Assembly (NCBI RefSeq): GCF_009914755.1
Contig: NC_060931.1
Strand: one strand, 5' to 3'
Length of the DNA: 64,000 bases
Origin: the human T2T-CHM13v2.0 reference genome, Homo sapiens
Under the pieces are notes generated by a model. It was not told the DNA's origin. It worked only from the letters and a program-made list of their open reading frames with translations, and did not search any database. This document shows, piece by piece, positions 47,241 through 63,559 of the stretch. Within the stretch, counting starts at the first letter, position 1; each line of letters starts with the position of its first letter. The translations under genes and the position numbers were made by a program.

Positions 47241-49233
47241 GGGGCCCTAGATCTCCTCAACCAGCATATCCAGCCTCAGGTCCACAGGTCCAAACCCCAC
47301 CACACACATGCCCTTAGCTGTTCACAAGCACCTTCGTGCTTACCAGAACCGAGCCAGCCAGCTGCCCACCCCTTCCCCCACAGGGGGCCAGGCCCGGGCC
47401 TCCCCACCTGGGTTCTGTACAGCGATGGGGTCCACAGCTCTCTCTCCAGCTCCTTCTGTGTCCTCGCCCCAGAGCCCTGTACTCCAGAGGTTGAAGAACT
47501 TGCCGAAGATCGTGAAATTCATAAAAGGCAGGGCCAGAATGCAAGCCCGGTTCTGGACTTGACATCAAGTGGCCACCAGAGATGTCACCCCAGCTTCCCC
47601 ACCTGCGTGTTCCAGCCTCCAGCAGAGAAGGCAGGGTGAGGCAGCCGGTGGGGGATAGGGGACCCTCCCGTGGCCGGTGAGGCCCTGTCCTTCTCTAAGT
47701 ACATCTAACTGAGGCCCCTCTCTGGTGGAAGCCCGCACAGCCAGTCTCCTGGCCTTCGCTTCCTCCCAGCGTGGAGTGACAGTTTCAAAGCACAGCTCTG
47801 GTTGCTGCTGGGATCCAGCTGGGCTCTGGGACAGTGTCCAGATCCTGTCCCCTGCAGCCTCCAGTTCTCTGTCCACCCCCCTCTACCCACAGCCTTCCCT
47901 CCAGTCTCACCGTCTGCCAGCCTCTGCTGCCCTGTCTTACCCAGCCTGTTCTCTCTGCCTCACCAGCAGCCATCCCCCAATTCTGCTGCCCGTGCAACTG
48001 GCCTGTGCTCCTATCACCCCAAGCCACCTCTTCAGGGATGGCCTCCCCCAACCACTCAGCCCTGCACCCTCAGATCCCCTCAGGAGCTAACCCAGTGCCC
48101 AGAGCATCTGCAGCAGCGCCAATGGCCAGGCCTCCAGGCCAGCTTAACACATGGGCCTTTTCCAGGATAGCGGGCCACCAGCTTGGAACTGGGGCAGCCT
48201 AGGATAGAGGGTTTGCAGCCAGGATGCTCACACCTGCACAGAATGTCACCTACATACACGGCAGGACTGTGTGCCCACCCCTGCAGTAGCAGACACAGGA
48301 ACAAGTGCACGGGGACCAGGCCCACGCACCCCATCATCTCCCTGGTGCCCACGGATGGTGCTGGGAGCTGCAAGTTGCTGCCACCCCAGGGACCTGACCA
48401 AGACCACACTGGGGTGGTCACAGACTGGGGGCAGATAAAACAGGCAGTGCAAGGAATCATCTCAGCAGCTTTTTATCCACCCCTCTTGCCAGGCGCACAC
48501 CTCCAGGGAAAAGGGCTCACTCTGGCCAGGCAAAAGTCACCTCTGCAAAGGTTCTCCATCTCAGCCCTGTCTCTCTGTCCCCCAGGCCCTCATCCCTGAG
48601 GTGGAATGTGGCTTCCCTGAGCCTTGTTGGAGCTTAACGCCCTCTTTTTATCCCAGGAGTCTGTCCCCATGGTCCCAGCACGGTTCTTGGATGTGCTCCT
48701 GTTTGTGGCCAAACTGAAGCATCCCCTCCCTTGGTCCAGGACCTTCACCTCTATTAATGTGACCCAAGGCCCCATTAGCTTTCTGGTGGTTTCCTCTCCC
48801 TACATCTCACAACCGCTGTCCACCTCCCATCCTAAGCATGAGTGGCCGGCTCTGCCATCCCATCCCACAGGCCAGGACCCAAGGACTCTGTACTCAGGCC
48901 AGGAGGGCATGGTATTTATCGTCTCTCTGGACCTCTCCCCTTTGGGGTCTCCTTAAAGTCCCTGCAGGTGGCCCAGGGCCAGCCCCAACCCTGCCCCCGA
49001 CAGTCCTCCCTCCAAGGCCGGGTCCTGCCTTCAGGTCCTGCCTCTTCCCTCATCCCCTCCTCACTTCCGCAGATACCACCTTCCTGCCAGGGACCCAGGG
49101 GCTCAGTGAATGTCTGAAGGAAGAAATCCATTTAGGGGCCCAGTGCGGTGGCTCACGCCTGTAATCCCAGCACATTGGGAGGTTGAGGCGGACAGATCAC
49201 TTGAGGTTGAGACCAACCTGGACAACATTGCTA

Positions 49234-49569
<336 letters not shown>

Positions 49570-50754
49570 TCATCTATAAGGACTTGGTGTGCAGTGGGAA
49601 CCCAGGAGCATGTGGAGGTGAGGCTGGGCTGCCCCATCCTGGCCCAGGACACTGAGCCCAGCCAGGGCAGGTATGACAGCCGGTCAGCAGGCCGCGCAGT
49701 CAGGGATGAGTCCACGGAGGAGGCCGCACATACCATTTCCCTGGCACTGCCCACAGCCTGCAGCCTTTGTGCATTTCTGAGGCCACAGTGCCCCCTGGCG
49801 GCTGTGCAGCCTACCCCAAAGGACAGCGTCCTGGGTCTCAGGCCTCAGTCTCCCTCTCTGCGGCCCCAACAGCTCACCCTAAACAAGGTTTATTGTTACC
49901 ATGTTACATGTCACCATTTGGGACCAGAAAGGGGGATCCAGTGGCCCTGAGCCGCACAGTCAACCAGAAACAGGGCCAAACCTCACCCTCAGGGCTGCCT
50001 GGCTCCTGGGTCACTGAAGTCCTGCCTGGCAATGCGTGCTTGGGTCTGGGTCCCTTCCCCGACATCTCTCACCCTCCTGCAGGGCAGGAAAGTCACAGTT
50101 TGGATGCTTTGTTATAAAGATGACCCTGGCACCTGGAGGAGGGAGAGACAGACAGGGCTGTGGGTCGGGGGACTCCTTGGGGACCACGCCACCCCAACCA
50201 CTGCAGCTGGAGCCTCTGTTGGGGGCGGGACCAAGCACCTCTGTTGTCAGCCCAGAGGTGGCACCCCTACGCGCTCCACTGCACCCCCGCGGCTTTCTCT
50301 GCCTCTCCTACCCCCAGGCTTCCCACTGGACATTATCCCAGAACATCAGCTAGGAAGCAACCTGAGCCTCCTTGCCCCTGCCTGACAAGCAAAGTGAGGC
50401 CCAGAGAGGGAAAGGGGCTGGCCAGGGCCCCCCAAACAGCCGTGGGCAGAGCCACGTTGCACCGGTTTCTCCTAATCCCTGACCTGAGCTCCTTCTCCTA
50501 CCCAGGGGATTTCATCAATCCAGAGAGTGCTTGGGGCCAGGAGTGCCTCTGACAGTCAGGGAGGGCTTCCTGGAGGAGGCCCTAGGTCTAATGGGGTCTT
50601 CTAGGCAGTGGTGAGTTGGGAGGGAATAGCCAGCACTCTCACAGCATCCAGGCAGCCCTGCTTCCAGACCGTGGGTTGGAGAGGCAGAACCAGGGGAGGG
50701 CACCAAGGGTCCCACCAGGCTCCCTCTGACGGCCATGTCTTCCTTTGGCCACAG

Positions 50755-50882
50755 GACGCTGTGCAGAGCTGCAAGTCCGTATCACTGAGGCTGTGGCCAC
50801 AGCCACTGAGCAGAGAGAGCTGATCGCCCGCCTGGAGCAGGACCTGAGCATCATTCAGTCCATCCAGCGGCCCGATGCCGAG
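50755..50882 (+). CDS. CUX1: CASP-specific exon 1 (spliced from a shared upstream CUX1 exon outside the window); coiled coil
   Basis: cttcctttggccacag|GA...GAG|gtgagc; 128 nt, phase 1-0; (G)RCAELQVRITEAVATATEQRELIARLEQDLSIIQSIQRPDAE. Confidence 0.95.
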
Positions 50883-51632
50883 GTGAGCCCACCCCCCTGC
50901 CCCATGCCCATCTCGCTACCTGCCCAACTGACTTAGCCTCTGCAAACACTGACTTCCCAGATTAGCCTGTGTATCAGGCAGCTGGTGACAACCCAGAAGG
51001 GCTGTCACCTAAAACCATTGGGTTCTCCCTGCTTACTCCATGAATACCACCCTGCCTCCGATTTGGGGTGACAGGCCATGGGGCAGAGGCCACAGGGCTT
51101 CCTAGCGGTAGCACAGAGGCCCGTCTTTCCAGGCACTGCCCTGAGAGCAGAGGCAGAGGCAAGGCCAGGACCATGCACCCATCTCCCAGCTAAAGGACCT
51201 GGAGCCCAGAGATCACAGCAGGCTGGGACATAAACAGCCCAGGGAGAGCATCTCCTCGCCCACCTCCCATTCTGTAGAGTCCACAGTGGGACTCCGGGAG
51301 AGAAGTCTGGGCTGTCCCAGGTCACGTGGCAGGCTGGTTGCAGGGCCAGGGAGGCCCAGGTGTCTGATGCATGTCAAAGCTGAGTGGCTGCGAGGAGAGC
51401 TGCACTGCTGCTGAACTCTGGCCTCAGGAGTGACTTAGGGCCCAGCCATCTCTTCTTTGGTAGCTCATGTCACGTGTCCAGGTCCGGGCCCTCCTGCAGC
51501 CAGCCTGCACCCCGGATGGCCCCACCCACTCCTTGCCACACCCACCCTGCCATTTGCCTTGGCCATGCTGAAAGGGAATATTCCGTGCCCATTGTGCGGA
51601 GGCACCTCCTCATCGCTTCCTGTCACCTGCAG

Positions 51633-52127
<495 letters not shown>

Positions 52128-52635
52128 TCAGCCAGGCCTCACTGCCAAAGTGCAGCCGGAGGTCCGTGCAGTGAGGGGAAGGCAGCCTCCTTGGGTATTG
52201 AGGACAGAAACTGAGGCTGCTGGACTGGGATACTGGGGGTGTGCCCATGCCTCCCCAGTTCCCCTCCTGCCCCTTTGCTTCCCCAGGGGATATAGGCCTA
52301 GTCTGACAGCTGCAAGGGTCTCAGATTCAAGGACAGAGTGACTGGGAGGGGAGTTCTGGGCCTGGCCCTCTGACAGCGCAGACGGGGGTGCTGGGCCCTT
52401 CCCCAGCGTGCGTATTGTCAGGTCAGCCCCTGCCATCCATTCTCACGCTCCCCGGTTCCCCTGGCTGTCCCCTCCCCTTCCCCGACCTGCCCAGCACCAG
52501 GGAGTCAGACACCATGTGGCTTCTACCCCATGGCATTTGGCAGAAATCCCCCAGGGCTGGGGGACCCACCCCAAAGGGCCGCCTGCTGGGTTCCACCTCC
52601 TGCCACCCCCCAAGCCACCCTCCTCTACCTGCTAG

Positions 52636-52748
52636 GACCTGCAGCACCAGCCAGCGGTGCCCTCCCAGAGGGCCAGGTGGATTCACTGCTTTCCATCATC
52701 TCCAGCCAGAGGGAGCGCTTCCGTGCCCGGAACCAGGAGCTTGAGGCC
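52636..52748 (+). CDS. CUX1: CASP-specific exon 3
   Basis: ctacctgctag|GA...GCC|gtgagt; 113 nt, phase 1-0; (G)PAAPASGALPEGQVDSLLSIISSQRERFRARNQELEA, with the conserved CASP_C motif QRERFR. Confidence 0.95.
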
Positions 52749-52988
52749 GTGAGTCACATCCTTCTCTCCCTGATGCTCCTTGGGCCCAAGGACACAGTTG
52801 GGGAACACACAGGCTTTCAGGAGAGAGATGTGGCACAGACCGTAAACCTCAGGGGGAAGAGATTTGTTCTGTGCAGTCAGGGAGGGCTTCCTGGAGGAGG
52901 TCATGCCACACTGGGCTTTGAAAGAAGACTCAGATGCTCACAGTAGAGGAGACACGGGGGCCAGTGAGCCAGAAGGGAGCATAGATCA

Positions 52989-53949
<961 letters not shown>

Positions 53950-54099
53950 TAAAGTGCTGGGATTACAGGCGTGAGCCACCGCGCTGGCCACTGCTTGAAT
54001 TTTGAATAGTGTGAAAGAAACACTTATTCAAGCATTTGAATAAATTGAAAACTGAGATTCCATTTCACGTTGCCTTTAGATTGGCAAATATTAAAACCA

Positions 54100-54360
54100 C
54101 AGCGTGTGATTCCATGAATACGAACATTCGGTATAGGCAAATCCATAGAGACAAAAAAGAGACTGCCGGTTACCAGGCAGTAGGGGAGGAGGGAATGGGG
54201 AGTGACTGCTGGCAGGTTTGGGGTTTCTTATTGGGGTGATTTTAAATGTTCTGGAATTAGGTAGTGGGGATGGTTGCATAACATTGTGAATACAAATGAC
54301 CGAACTGTACACTTTGAAATGCTGATGTTTATGTTATGGGTATTATATCTCAATAATAGT
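54100..54360 (+). mobile_element. L1MB-like 3' end
   Basis: gcaaatccatagagaca...gggaatggggagtgactgct...gttctggaattaggtagtggggatggttgcataacattgtgaat...gaactgtacactttgaa. Confidence 0.8.
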
Positions 54361-54656
54361 TTTTAAAAGGCTAATACCAATGACAAAAAAAAGTATGAAG
54401 AAATCTGACCAGGCATCGTGGCTCATGCCTGTAATCCCAGCACATTGGGAGGCCGAAGTGGGAAGATTGCTTGAGCCCAGGAGTTTGAGACCAGCCTGGG
54501 CAACGCAGTGAGACCCCGACTCTGCAAAAATAAAAAAGTAGCTGGGCATGGTGGTGTGAGCCTATAGTCCCAGCTACCTGGGAGGCAGAGATGGGAGGAT
54601 CGCTTGAGTCGGGAGGCTGAGGCTGCAGTGAGCTCTGGTCATGCCACTTTATTCTA

Positions 54657-55058
<402 letters not shown>

Positions 55059-55139
55059 TTAAGGTTGATGCAAATGTAATCATGGTGTTTGCCATTACTT
55101 TTAAGGGCAAAAACCACGATTACATTTGCACCAACGTGA
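55059..55139. mobile_element. MADE1 (Hsmar1-derived mariner MITE), palindromic
   Basis: ttaaggttgatgcaaatgtaatcatggtgtttgcc-attacttttaag-ggcaaaaaccacgattacatttgcaccaacgtga; about 80-bp terminal inverted-repeat pair flanked by TA on both sides. Confidence 0.9.
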
Positions 55140-55337
55140 TACATATGAAGAAACCTGACCCAAGATCCCTGACTTCTGCCTGTGGTGGGGCCACAGTGGG
55201 GGAAGGGGCAGCTTTACAGAGTCAGGCAGGTCAAGGAGAAGGCTGTGGGCACAGAAGGGGCTCCAGGTAGACGGAGCAGCACCTGTGCCAGCACGGAGGC
55301 CTCTCCCCCACCCCTTTCCTTGCCCCTCCCCCCCCAG

Positions 55338-55454
55338 GAGAACCGCCTGGCCCAGCACACCCTCCAGGCCCTGCAGAGTGAGCTGGACAGCCTGCGCGCC
55401 GACAACATCAAGCTCTTTGAGAAGATCAAGTTCCTGCAGAGCTACCCTGGCCGG
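55338..55454 (+). CDS. CUX1: CASP-specific exon 4
   Basis: cccccccag|GAG...CGG|gtgagg; 117 nt, phase 0-0; ENRLAQHTLQALQSELDSLRADNIKLFEKIKFLQSYPGR. Confidence 0.95.
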
Positions 55455-55620
55455 GTGAGGGCCCTCCCCTGGCCTCAGCTCCAGGTGGACCAGGCAGGGA
55501 GAGAGGCCGATCAGGGCTCTGGAGATGGGAGGGTCGGGGACCAAGACCTGCTGGGCAGCACTGGGCCCCAGAGACCCCTGAGGCCTTCCGACATCTCCCC
55601 ACCCACCCACCTGCCTGCTA

Positions 55621-56166
<546 letters not shown>

Positions 56167-56409
56167 TACTAGCCAGAAGGGCCAGGCACAGTGGCTCATG
56201 CCTGTAATCCCAGCACCGTGAGAGGCCGAGGCGGGTGGAGTTTGAGACCAGCCTGGCCGACATAGTGAAACCCTATCTCTACTGAAAATACAAAAATTAG
56301 CCAGGCATCGTGGCACGTGCCTGTAGTCCCAGCTACTCAGGAGGCTGAGGTGGGAGGATCACTTGAGCCCAGGAGGTACAGGCTGCAGTGAGCTGAGATC
56401 CAGCCACTA

Positions 56410-56613
<204 letters not shown>

Positions 56614-57441
56614 TCATGCACCTGTAATCCCAGCTACTCAGGCGGCTAAGGCAGGAGAATCGCTTGAACCTGAGAGGTGGAGGTTGCAGTGAGCCGAGGT
56701 CACACCATTGCGCTCCAGCCTGGGCGACAGAGCGAAACTCTGTCTCAAATAAATAAATAAGCAATAATAAAAAATGTAAACAGAATTTGGTCCACACTCC
56801 AAAAAGCAACCAAGAGAGTGGATCAGAAACTCACTTGCCGAGTTTTTCTGGGCTAGGGAGGCCTGTGCGTGGCTTCTCTCAGCCCCCAGGCCTCCCAGGG
56901 GCCACCCCGTGCCAGGAAACCCTTTCTATGAGTGAGAGAAGAGCGTGGGGCATAGTGGGGCAGGGATTCACCTCTCCCTCTTCCTTTGGGGCCCAGCAGC
57001 CCCCAGCCCTGTCCCCACCCATCAGAGCCGCTCCTTGGCCACCAGAGGGCACTCAGACTCTGCAAACCAGCCTGGCTCTGGGTGGCCAGCTGGGGGGCGT
57101 CTCCTCTCCCAGCTGCCTGCCTGCTCGCATGACCACCCCACACTCCCAGCAAACCCACCTTCCTGCAGCTGCGCCCGGCCCTGCCTGGGCCTCAGTTCCC
57201 CATCTGTGCCCGGAGGCACTGTGGCCCTGACCCCATGGGTAACTCCATGCCCCTGTGGCAGGAGGCACCAGCCACATTCACATTGTCACCCCAGCACCCT
57301 CTCCTCCCGCCTCTGAGATCTAGGGCTCCCTCCCCCACTTCCCTTTTTTGCAGATGAGGAAACTGAGGCTCCCCTGGGCTCCTGCCCTTCCCGCTGGGCC
57401 CCAAGGCACTGACTGGTTCTCTTCCCCTCCTGTCTGTGCAG

Positions 57442-57525
57442 GGCAGCGGCAGTGATGACACGGAGCTGCGGTACTCGTCCCAGTACGAGGAGCGCCTGGA
57501 CCCCTTCTCCTCCTTCAGCAAGCGG
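57442..57525 (+). CDS. CUX1: CASP-specific exon 5
   Basis: ctgtctgtgcag|GGC...CGG|gttcgt; 84 nt, phase 0-0; GSGSDDTELRYSSQYEERLDPFSSFSKR. Confidence 0.93.
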
Positions 57526-58208
57526 GTTCGTGAGCCCAGCCTGGGCAGGGGAGGGGAGGGGCATCAGCCCAGGGAAGCCCAGGGGTCCCCCCATCACTTG
57601 GCCCCCATCCCTGAGCACTCGGCCTTCCCTGGCTCCCCTCCACCTGCCCTCGTCTGGGTGCTCTCGGCCAGCCTTGCCACGCCAGCCCTGCACACCCTGG
57701 CCCCTCAGGCCAGGAGCCCCCCCAAGACAGCCTCCCCACCGCTTCAGTGCAATGTAGGCCCAGGGCCCATTCAGGAACACCTGCCGAGGACTACCCGAGG
57801 GTGTGTGGCAGTGACCGGGTTAACCTGGAGTGCATTTGCGGGACAGGCAGACAAGGAAAAACCAGTTACAGCTCCCAGAATCGGGCGATCCATTGTGGGG
57901 ACCCCACCCCACAACTCCCCTCCCCCACCCAGACTGCAGAAGTTCTGCCCGTGGAGTACTTTCCCATGGGCAGAATGGACGGCTGCAGAGGCGGGGAGGG
58001 GCTCTCACAGATGTCAGGGGAGTCCAGAATGTCACACTGAGTAGACTGTGCACCCAGGGAAGCCCCTGGCAGCACCCTGGCAGCCCCCTGGGGGTCTGCA
58101 AGAACAGCGGGCAGGGTGTCCTGTGGCTGGCCAGGCCCTGCTCTCTGCCACAAGCCAGGGCCTGTGAGGTCCTTTGGGGTCCTTTCCTGACTGTCCCTCC
58201 CTGTGCAG

Positions 58209-58265
58209 GAGCGGCAGAGGAAGTACCTGAGCTTGAGTCCCTGGGACAAGGCCACCCTCAGCATG
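58209..58265 (+). CDS. CUX1: CASP-specific exon 6
   Basis: ccctgtgcag|GAG...ATG|gtgagt; 57 nt, phase 0-0; ERQRKYLSLSPWDKATLSM. Confidence 0.95.
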
Positions 58266-58961
58266 GTGAGTCCCTGCCCCTACCCACCCCCTCCCTGGAC
58301 AGGCCTGAGCCTCTGTCTCCAGGCACCTCTTCACCTGCCCTGCAGCCCAGGCTGGAGGAGCCGCCAGCCCTGCCAAGAGTGGCTGTGTGATCTGGGACAG
58401 GGTCTCTCCCCTTCCCGGGCAGATCCTCTGAGAGCATGGTTCACAGCATGGTTCTGAACTGGGCTGTAGAGGGGGCATTCCTCAGAATTCCTGCAGCCTA
58501 GAGTCAGACATGGTGGCTCACACCTGTCATCCCAGCACTTTGGGAGGTGGGAGGATTGCTTGAGCCCAGGAGTTCGAGACCAGCCTGGGCAACACAGTAA
58601 GATCCTGTCTCTACAAAAAATAAAATTAGCCAGGCGCAGTGGTGTGCACCTGTAGTCCCAGCTACTCAGGAGGCTGACGGAGGAGGATCACTTGAGCCTA
58701 GGAAGTCAATGCTACAGTGAGCTGTGACCACTACATTCCAGCCTGGGCAACCTTGTCTAAAAAAACGTTTTTAAAGAATTCCGGTGGCCGGGCACAGCAG
58801 CTCACGCCTGTAATCTCAGCACTTTGGGAGGCCAAGTTGGGCGGATCACCTGAGGTCTGGAGTTCGAGACCAGCCTGGCCAACATAGTGAAACCCTATCT
58901 CTAGTAAAAATACAAAAATTAGCTGGGCGTGGTGACGCACACCTGTAATCCCAGCTACTCA

Positions 58962-59325
<364 letters not shown>

Positions 59326-60116
59326 GTGAGTGTGCACACGGGCGGGCCAGAGGCACATTCACCATCCCCAGCCCTGACCTCCAGGGCAGCAGGGGCCTGT
59401 TACGGTGGCCTGGCCCCTGGGCCTACCCCAAGCTGCATCTCTAGCTTGCGACCATGCCTCTCCCCTTCGAGAGCCTTGGCCCACCCCAGGGACGAGAAGG
59501 ACCCACCCCATTGGGACCTCTGGCCAGGGCACCAGCCGGGCCGCTCCGTGAAAGAGGCCTGGCTGATCACATCTGGGACTGGTCCTGGACGGGCTTCATA
59601 GGAAGAAGGGATGGAGTGGGAAGGGAGCAGGTCTAATGAACTCCACCAAGGGACAGTCACGAAGACTGCACAGAGAAGGGGCGTCTTGAACTAACCTCCC
59701 CAGCTGTGGAGGTGGCGTTCTAGTTAGCGGATAAGGGCCTCCATGTCTGCCAAGTTGGGGGAGAAGAGGGGTGGAAGGCTGTGTCTCTGGAAGGATCCAG
59801 CCTTGGGGTCTCCTGTCCCCAGCACAGTCAAGATGGCCCCTACAGAGCTAACCTGGGCTCAAGTTCTGACCCCAGGGTCCAGCGGCTCCTGGCCCTTCCA
59901 AGGGTTGGCCCACAGTATTAGAGGAGGTGCCTCCGTGTCTGGGCCCATCTGATCATCTGCAGAAGCAGTGGGTGCAGGAACATGTCTAAGACCCACCCGC
60001 CCCGGAGTCTGGGGCTCGAGAACCTTTATGTTCCAGGCCAGGCCCAGGGGCCATGGGTGGGCTGCAGGGGTGGCCTTGAGGCGAACGGGCAGCTCACCGT
60101 GTCTCCACCTGGCCAG

Positions 60117-60181
60117 GTGCTCTACAAGCTGGCATGGAGCGAGAGCATGGAGAGGGACTGTGCCACCTTCTGCGCCAAGAA
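60117..60181 (+). CDS. CUX1: CASP-specific exon 8: end of TMD and start of luminal tail
   Basis: acctggccag|GTG...AAGAA|gtgagg; 65 nt, phase 0-2; VLYKLAWSESMERDCATFCAK(K). Confidence 0.95.
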
Positions 60182-60425
60182 GTGAGGACCCCCACTTGGG
60201 CCCCCCCTCAGCCCCACAGCGAGCTCCCAGCACCCCCGCAACACCCCCGAGTTCCTGCCTCATGTCCCCCACTCCTTAGCCCTCCATCACAGCCCCCCAT
60301 TCTGGCCCTCCCCCTACCCCTACTCCCGGTATCCACTACCTCCTAGCCCCACCCCATCACATGGTACACACCCCCCTTCCCCAACACACACACTCGGCCT
60401 CAGCAAAGCTTCCCGTGTCCCCCAG

Positions 60426-60495
60426 GTTCGCTGACCACCTGCACAAGTTCCACGAGAATGACAACGGGGCTGCGGCTGGTGACTTGTGGCAGTGA
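60426..60495 (+). CDS. CUX1: CASP terminal exon, coding part
   Basis: gtgtcccccag|G TTC GCT...CAG TGA; (K)FADHLHKFHENDNGAAAGDLWQ*. Confidence 0.95.
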
Positions 60496-61365
60496 TACCC
60501 CGGGGCCTCCCCCGTGACAGTGACGGCTGCGCCTCCACCCCGACTGCTCAGTGCATCTAATCACTTAGACTCCCCTGAAGAATCCCCCATGGAAACTGCC
60601 CTTATCCGCTGTCCAGCAGCTGCCAGAGGCCCCAGGTCACCTCGGGTCCCCTTGAAAGAATGTCTCGGTCACATCAGGCCCGCTAGGTCCAGAGAGCGAG
60701 CCCCCAATGCCCGGCCAGGCTAAGCCGCAGAGACCCTCTCAGCCCCCACCTCAGGTTAGGGCTCTGCCCGCAGCCTGACCTCTAGCCCTGGTGGCAGAGG
60801 TCCCTCAGCTGCGAGGCTAATTGGGTGACCACCGATTCCAGCTGCGGTTAATCCAGCTTGGGCCTGTCTGCACTGCGATCCTCTTGGGCTCTCCTAGGAT
60901 CCCCCCATGCCCCGTAAGAGGTGGAAGACGCTTCCTTCCAGGACAGCAGGCTTTGAGTCCAGCACCCCCAGCCTGCCTTTGCCACCAGCCCCACCCTGCA
61001 GAGTATATGAGGCTTGACAGAGTCTGCCCCCTCCCCCACTGCACCCCAAGAGAGAGAGCCCCAGCCAGCGGAACAGTTTCTATTACCCCCTCCCTGCCCC
61101 CAGACCCATGTGATTTCTGCTTTCTTCTTTAGCAAGATATTCTGGTTTCTAGATAAGGAAGAGTCTCTAATGAGCCCCCGAGCCCCAGTCTCTTCAGACT
61201 CATGGATTGGTCTGAGGGGTCTGAACGTCTCCTAGCCAATCAGAACTGGCTGTGGACCACCCTAGCACGGCCACCTCTCAGGGCCACTGGCAGGCCTTCC
61301 TGAGTTAGATTTGTAGTTGCATATTTAGCTTTGCACATTTGAAATAAACCACGGTTGCAGCCACC
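60496..61365 (+). other. CUX1: CASP 3'UTR
   Basis: Alu-free stretch from the CASP stop to just past AATAAA at 61343-61348. The cleavage position is approximate. Confidence 0.8.
61343..61348 (+). terminator. CASP poly(A) signal AATAAA
   Basis: Canonical hexamer preceded by a U-rich/TGTA stretch (gatttgtagttgcatatttag). Confidence 0.85.
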
Positions 61366-61680
61366 CTGGTGCCCTGTGCTCTGGGACGCTGGAGGGACTG
61401 GAGGCTGGTGGGGATGCCTGCGGTGCCACCCCTGGGAGCTGGGGCTGGCCTCACAGCTGGGCACACAGAACATTCCTCCCCCTCTTCTCATCTCCAGGAA
61501 TTCCATGAGTACATTCAGAGCTCTGCTGAAACCCAGATCCAGTGTCCGAGTGCTTTTGAGAGGACAAGTAGCACCATCAAAAAGGGAAACCCATTCCTTT
61601 ATTCAAAAACCACCCGGGGCCAGGCGCGGTGGGTCACACCTGTAATCCCAGCGCTTTGGGAGGCCGAGGCAGGTGGATCA

Positions 61681-62166
<486 letters not shown>

Positions 62167-62562
62167 TTAACTCATTGTCCAGCTGTCACAAGACTGGCTG
62201 CAAACCCAGGTCCCCCACTGCAGCCCACCAGGCCAGGGTCCCCTGTGCTACCTCTGTCTCCATTTTAGTTCTGAACAGTCTAAAGCATGTGTATCCAGGG
62301 GCCTTTCTTTGGGGTCCCCGTCCCAGCACCCCTCATCTCCCCCATGAGGACTTCTTCCAAGCCCCTCAAGCCTCCTGCCCTCAGGGACCCAGGATGGACC
62401 TTTCCTCCCTGACCTTCATTCCTATCCCCAGCGAGGCGACAGCTGCTCTTGGCCAACCACGCCCCCTCCACCCCCACAGCCACTTCCACATCTCCATCAG
62501 TTCCTCCTTGTGGGTCCGAGGCGCTCTGCCGCCGGCCCCTCCTCACTTCTTCCTCCCTGGGG

Positions 62563-62662
62563 ATGGATCCAAGCTATTGTCCTGCCCATGGCTTCCCATC
62601 TCAGGACGCTCTCTGGCCGCTATCATCCCAGCAGTGGAGTTCAGCCCACTACTCTGAACCAG
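62563..62662 (+). CDS. SH2B2: Probable alternative first coding exon of SH2B2 (APS), encoding an N-terminal extension
   Basis: Strong Kozak gggATGg; MDPSYCPAHGFPSQDALWPLSSQQWSSAHYSEP, then donor CAG|gttagt (phase 1). Matches my recollection of the long SH2B2 isoform N-terminus and the known gene order CUX1 then SH2B2. No downstream exon lies in the window to confirm it. Confidence 0.6.
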
Positions 62663-63559
62663 GTTAGTCCACCGCGGGTCAGGCTCTCCCCTCTCCCGGG
62701 AGGGTGGAGACCACAACCAGGCCATGTATGGAGCTTCCCTTTCTCCCACTCTCGGGCACCCCCTCCTCCCCCTTCCCGGCCTCATTCATAGGTGTCCTGG
62801 TTCCCAACCAGGCGTGCAGGCCTGTGTGCAGCTCCGATCGAGGGCTGGCCCACTGCCGAAGCTTTCATTAAAGTGTCTGCTGGCCTGGTCCTGCGGAGGG
62901 AACAGAGCCGAGATGTGGGGCAGGGAAGGGGTCTGCCTGTCTTCCGTGCCCCCGTGGAGGGCAGCACCGGGGTTTTGGGCAGCAGGTGAAGGCTCTGTCC
63001 CCTCCACCTTCAACTCTGGAAGCCCCACCTTTCCATCCCTAAGAAGGGTTTGATAAAAACCCTTGTCTGTAAATTAGAGATGGGAAATGGCTCTGGGAAA
63101 AGTCAGAGGTCAGTTTGGGCCCGGGAGGGCGACAGATGGAGGCAGCTCCGGCTGGCAAGGAGACCAGGACAGAACTGCCAGAGGTGGGGGCAGGGGACAA
63201 GGAGGGAGATGAGGGGAGAAGACACCCAGGGGTCCCCCCCTGCTATCTCCAGGAGCAAGACTACTCTCTTCTCTGAGCGGCCCTTTCCACACCTCTGCCC
63301 CCACCGAAGCCCTCCCTCCCCTCTCAGACCCCTTCCAGGCCTGCTGAGCCCCCTGCACCTCTTTCAGGAAGCCTCCCAGAGCCCCCGCGCCGTGCCCTCA
63401 GCACCAGGGGTCAGGCTACAAATGCCCCGCAAAGCCCAGCGGGACTGTTTCCTCAGCCCCACTGGTCTCTGCCCTAAAGCAGGCGAGTTCTGGAGCCAGG
63501 CAGGGGTGAGGAAGGTGCCAGGGTTGTGGCCCCTCATCGCCCCTCTATGATCTCTGACA

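Noticed and set aside
55335-55340. NAGNAG acceptors CAG-GAG at CASP exon 4 (and at 58206-58211 for exon 6)
   Set aside because: Distal GAG acceptors are rarely used, and the effect would be loss of a single Glu.
57526-58044. In-frame extension of CASP exon 5 into the intron (202-aa ORF)
   Set aside because: GC-rich intron open by chance; retention would stop upstream of several junctions and be an NMD target.
60783-61290. CTCF-like motifs near the CASP 3' end
   Set aside because: Only partial matches to the CCASYAGRKGGC core; cannot be supported by eye.
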